A stretch of 14,765 bases of DNA from Candidatus Woesearchaeota archaeon (GTDB taxonomy: Archaea > Nanobdellota > Nanobdellia > Woesearchaeales > UBA11716): positions 1-14,765 of the forward strand of contig DUKR01000077.1 in NCBI GenBank assembly GCA_013329175.1, read 5' to 3'. Shown here piece by piece: positions 13,610 through 14,765 of the stretch. Within the stretch, counting starts at the first letter, position 1. Each line of letters starts with the position of its first letter. The notes beneath the pieces are model-generated. The model had not been told where the DNA came from. It searched no databases and worked only from the letters and a program-made list of their open reading frames with translations. The translations under genes and the position numbers were made by a program.

Positions 13610-14751
13610 GGTGTTGCTGCTCCTGCTTTTTCTTCCTCATATATCTGCACCAAGGTAGTGAAGATAGCAAGGGCAATAGGCCCTAAGAATATGCCAACAA
13701 AGCCAAAGAGATGTAATCCTCCAAGGACTCCTATAAGGACAAGGATGGGATGCACCTTCCCCCTCTCGCCGATAAGCTTTGGCCGCAGGATATTGTCTAT
13801 AGTTGAGACAATCAGCCAGCAGTAGAGAAGAAAAAATACCCCCTTGGTGAGAAGCACAGCATTTCCTGTCGTCGCTGCCGTGAATATCATGAGCAGCGCT
13901 ACAGGAAGCCAGACTATTGCGGTCCCCAGAAAGGGGATTAGGGCAAAGAATGCCATCACGATGCCCCACAGAATCGGCGAAGGGACTCCAAAGAGGAAGA
14001 AGCCTAATGCTCCCAGTGCACCCTGGATAGCTGCAATAAGCAGATGGCCAAAAAACACGGCATAGGTGATGCTCTTGAAGTTGTCAATAATCCGCTTGCG
14101 ATGGCTTTTCTTGAACGGGAGGAGTTCCTCCAGCTGTGCCATGATGCGCTTGCCGTCACGCAGGAGATAGAACATGGTGAAGAAGGCTATGAATGCCCTC
14201 AAAACAACGGCAGGAATTGAGAAGATGATGTCTGAGACTTTGTTTGCGATAGTAGTGCTTATCCTCTGCGATGCTGTGTCAATATAGTAGAGCACCTCAG
14301 GCTCGGTGAGAATATCCCGCAGCCTGTTATAGAGTGAGCAGATAAAGCCTGTTGTTGTGCATTCAGATTCAAAAAGGCCACCGATGACAAGCTTCTGCCT
14401 GACAAAGACATAGCTTGCATATGCCTCAGTCCTGATGGCATTAAGCGAGAGGATGATAGGAATTGCAACAAGCAGCAGGATGAGAAAGACAATGAGCAGC
14501 GCCGATACTGTTTCGAACCTCACCTTAGGGGTGAGCCACGCGTGGAGCGGATAGGATATGAATGCTATCAATGCTCCTGTAAGCATAGCCACGATGTAGG
14601 GCTTTGCAATGAAGAAAGCAAGGACGCAGACAGCAAGGCTTATTGCTATGAGGATGTATTCTCCCAACTTGTCAAGATTGATAGCCCCAATCATTCTACC
14701 CCAAATTGCCGTGGAGGAAACGTATATAAATGTTTGTGACCAGAGTGACAT
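13606..14751 (-). CDS. AI-2E family (UPF0118/PerM-like) membrane transporter of 381 aa with about 8 TM helices.
   Basis: Polytopic hydrophobic profile. The C-terminal family blocks ILWGIVMAFFALIPFLGTAIVWLPVALLMIF and HPILVLIGVLGGLHLFGFVGIFLGPIALAI are present. Its stop overlaps the deoA start (ATGA at 13606-13609). Confidence 0.78.
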   Translation of the reverse strand: MSLWSQTFIYVSSTAIWGRMIGAINLDKLGEYILIAISLAVCVLAFFIAKPYIVAMLTGALIAFISYPLHAWLTPKVRFETVSALLIVFLILLLVAIPIILSLNAIRTEAYASYVFVRQKLVIGGLFESECTTTGFICSLYNRLRDILTEPEVLYYIDTASQRISTTIANKVSDIIFSIPAVVLRAFIAFFTMFYLLRDGKRIMAQLEELLPFKKSHRKRIIDNFKSITYAVFFGHLLIAAIQGALGALGFFLFGVPSPILWGIVMAFFALIPFLGTAIVWLPVALLMIFTAATTGNAVLLTKGVFFLLYCWLIVSTIDNILRPKLIGERGKVHPILVLIGVLGGLHLFGFVGIFLGPIALAIFTTLVQIYEEEKAGAATP

Positions 14752-14765
14752 CCAAATACTTGAGT

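Overview
Hand reading of the six-frame track and the raw sequence; no searches or computations were run. The host looks archaeal. There is an archaeal/eukaryotic-type peptidyl-tRNA hydrolase Pth2 (9554-9898). There is an AMP phosphorylase with the long archaeal N-terminal extension (12125-13609, minus strand). Intergenic DNA is extremely A/T-rich, with TTTAWATA-like boxes about 27 nt upstream of start codons, implying leaderless or short-leader mRNAs. GGAGG-like SD motifs sit in front of internal operon genes. Other recognisable genes are a bacterial-type dPGM gpmA (9971-10714), an AI-2E family permease (13606-14751, minus strand) and an SPFH/band-7 protein with a long N-terminal extension (7148-8425, minus strand). 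The left 6.4 kb holds no gene I can assign to a known family and is the most interesting part. A leaderless wHTH-like gene (1330-1872) heads a tightly coupled plus-strand operon. That operon contains two paralogous Sec-signal polytopic membrane proteins with cytoplasmic coiled-coil tails (1859-3316, 3328-4329). It also contains two paralogous soluble coiled-coil proteins (4326-4871, 4885-6429). A 370-bp A/T-rich control region carrying a perfect 12-bp palindrome and repeated TAGATA / TTATTAAT motifs separates this operon from a divergent pair on the minus strand: a Lys-rich small basic protein (730-960) and a coiled-coil protein (8-730). The cluster abuts convergently, with 6 bp between stops, a membrane-anchored protein plus SPFH pair. 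I propose the cluster as a candidate undescribed membrane-associated coiled-coil scaffold system. A 1.4-kb stretch (10715-12124) has no credible ORF on either strand, which is odd in so compact a genome.
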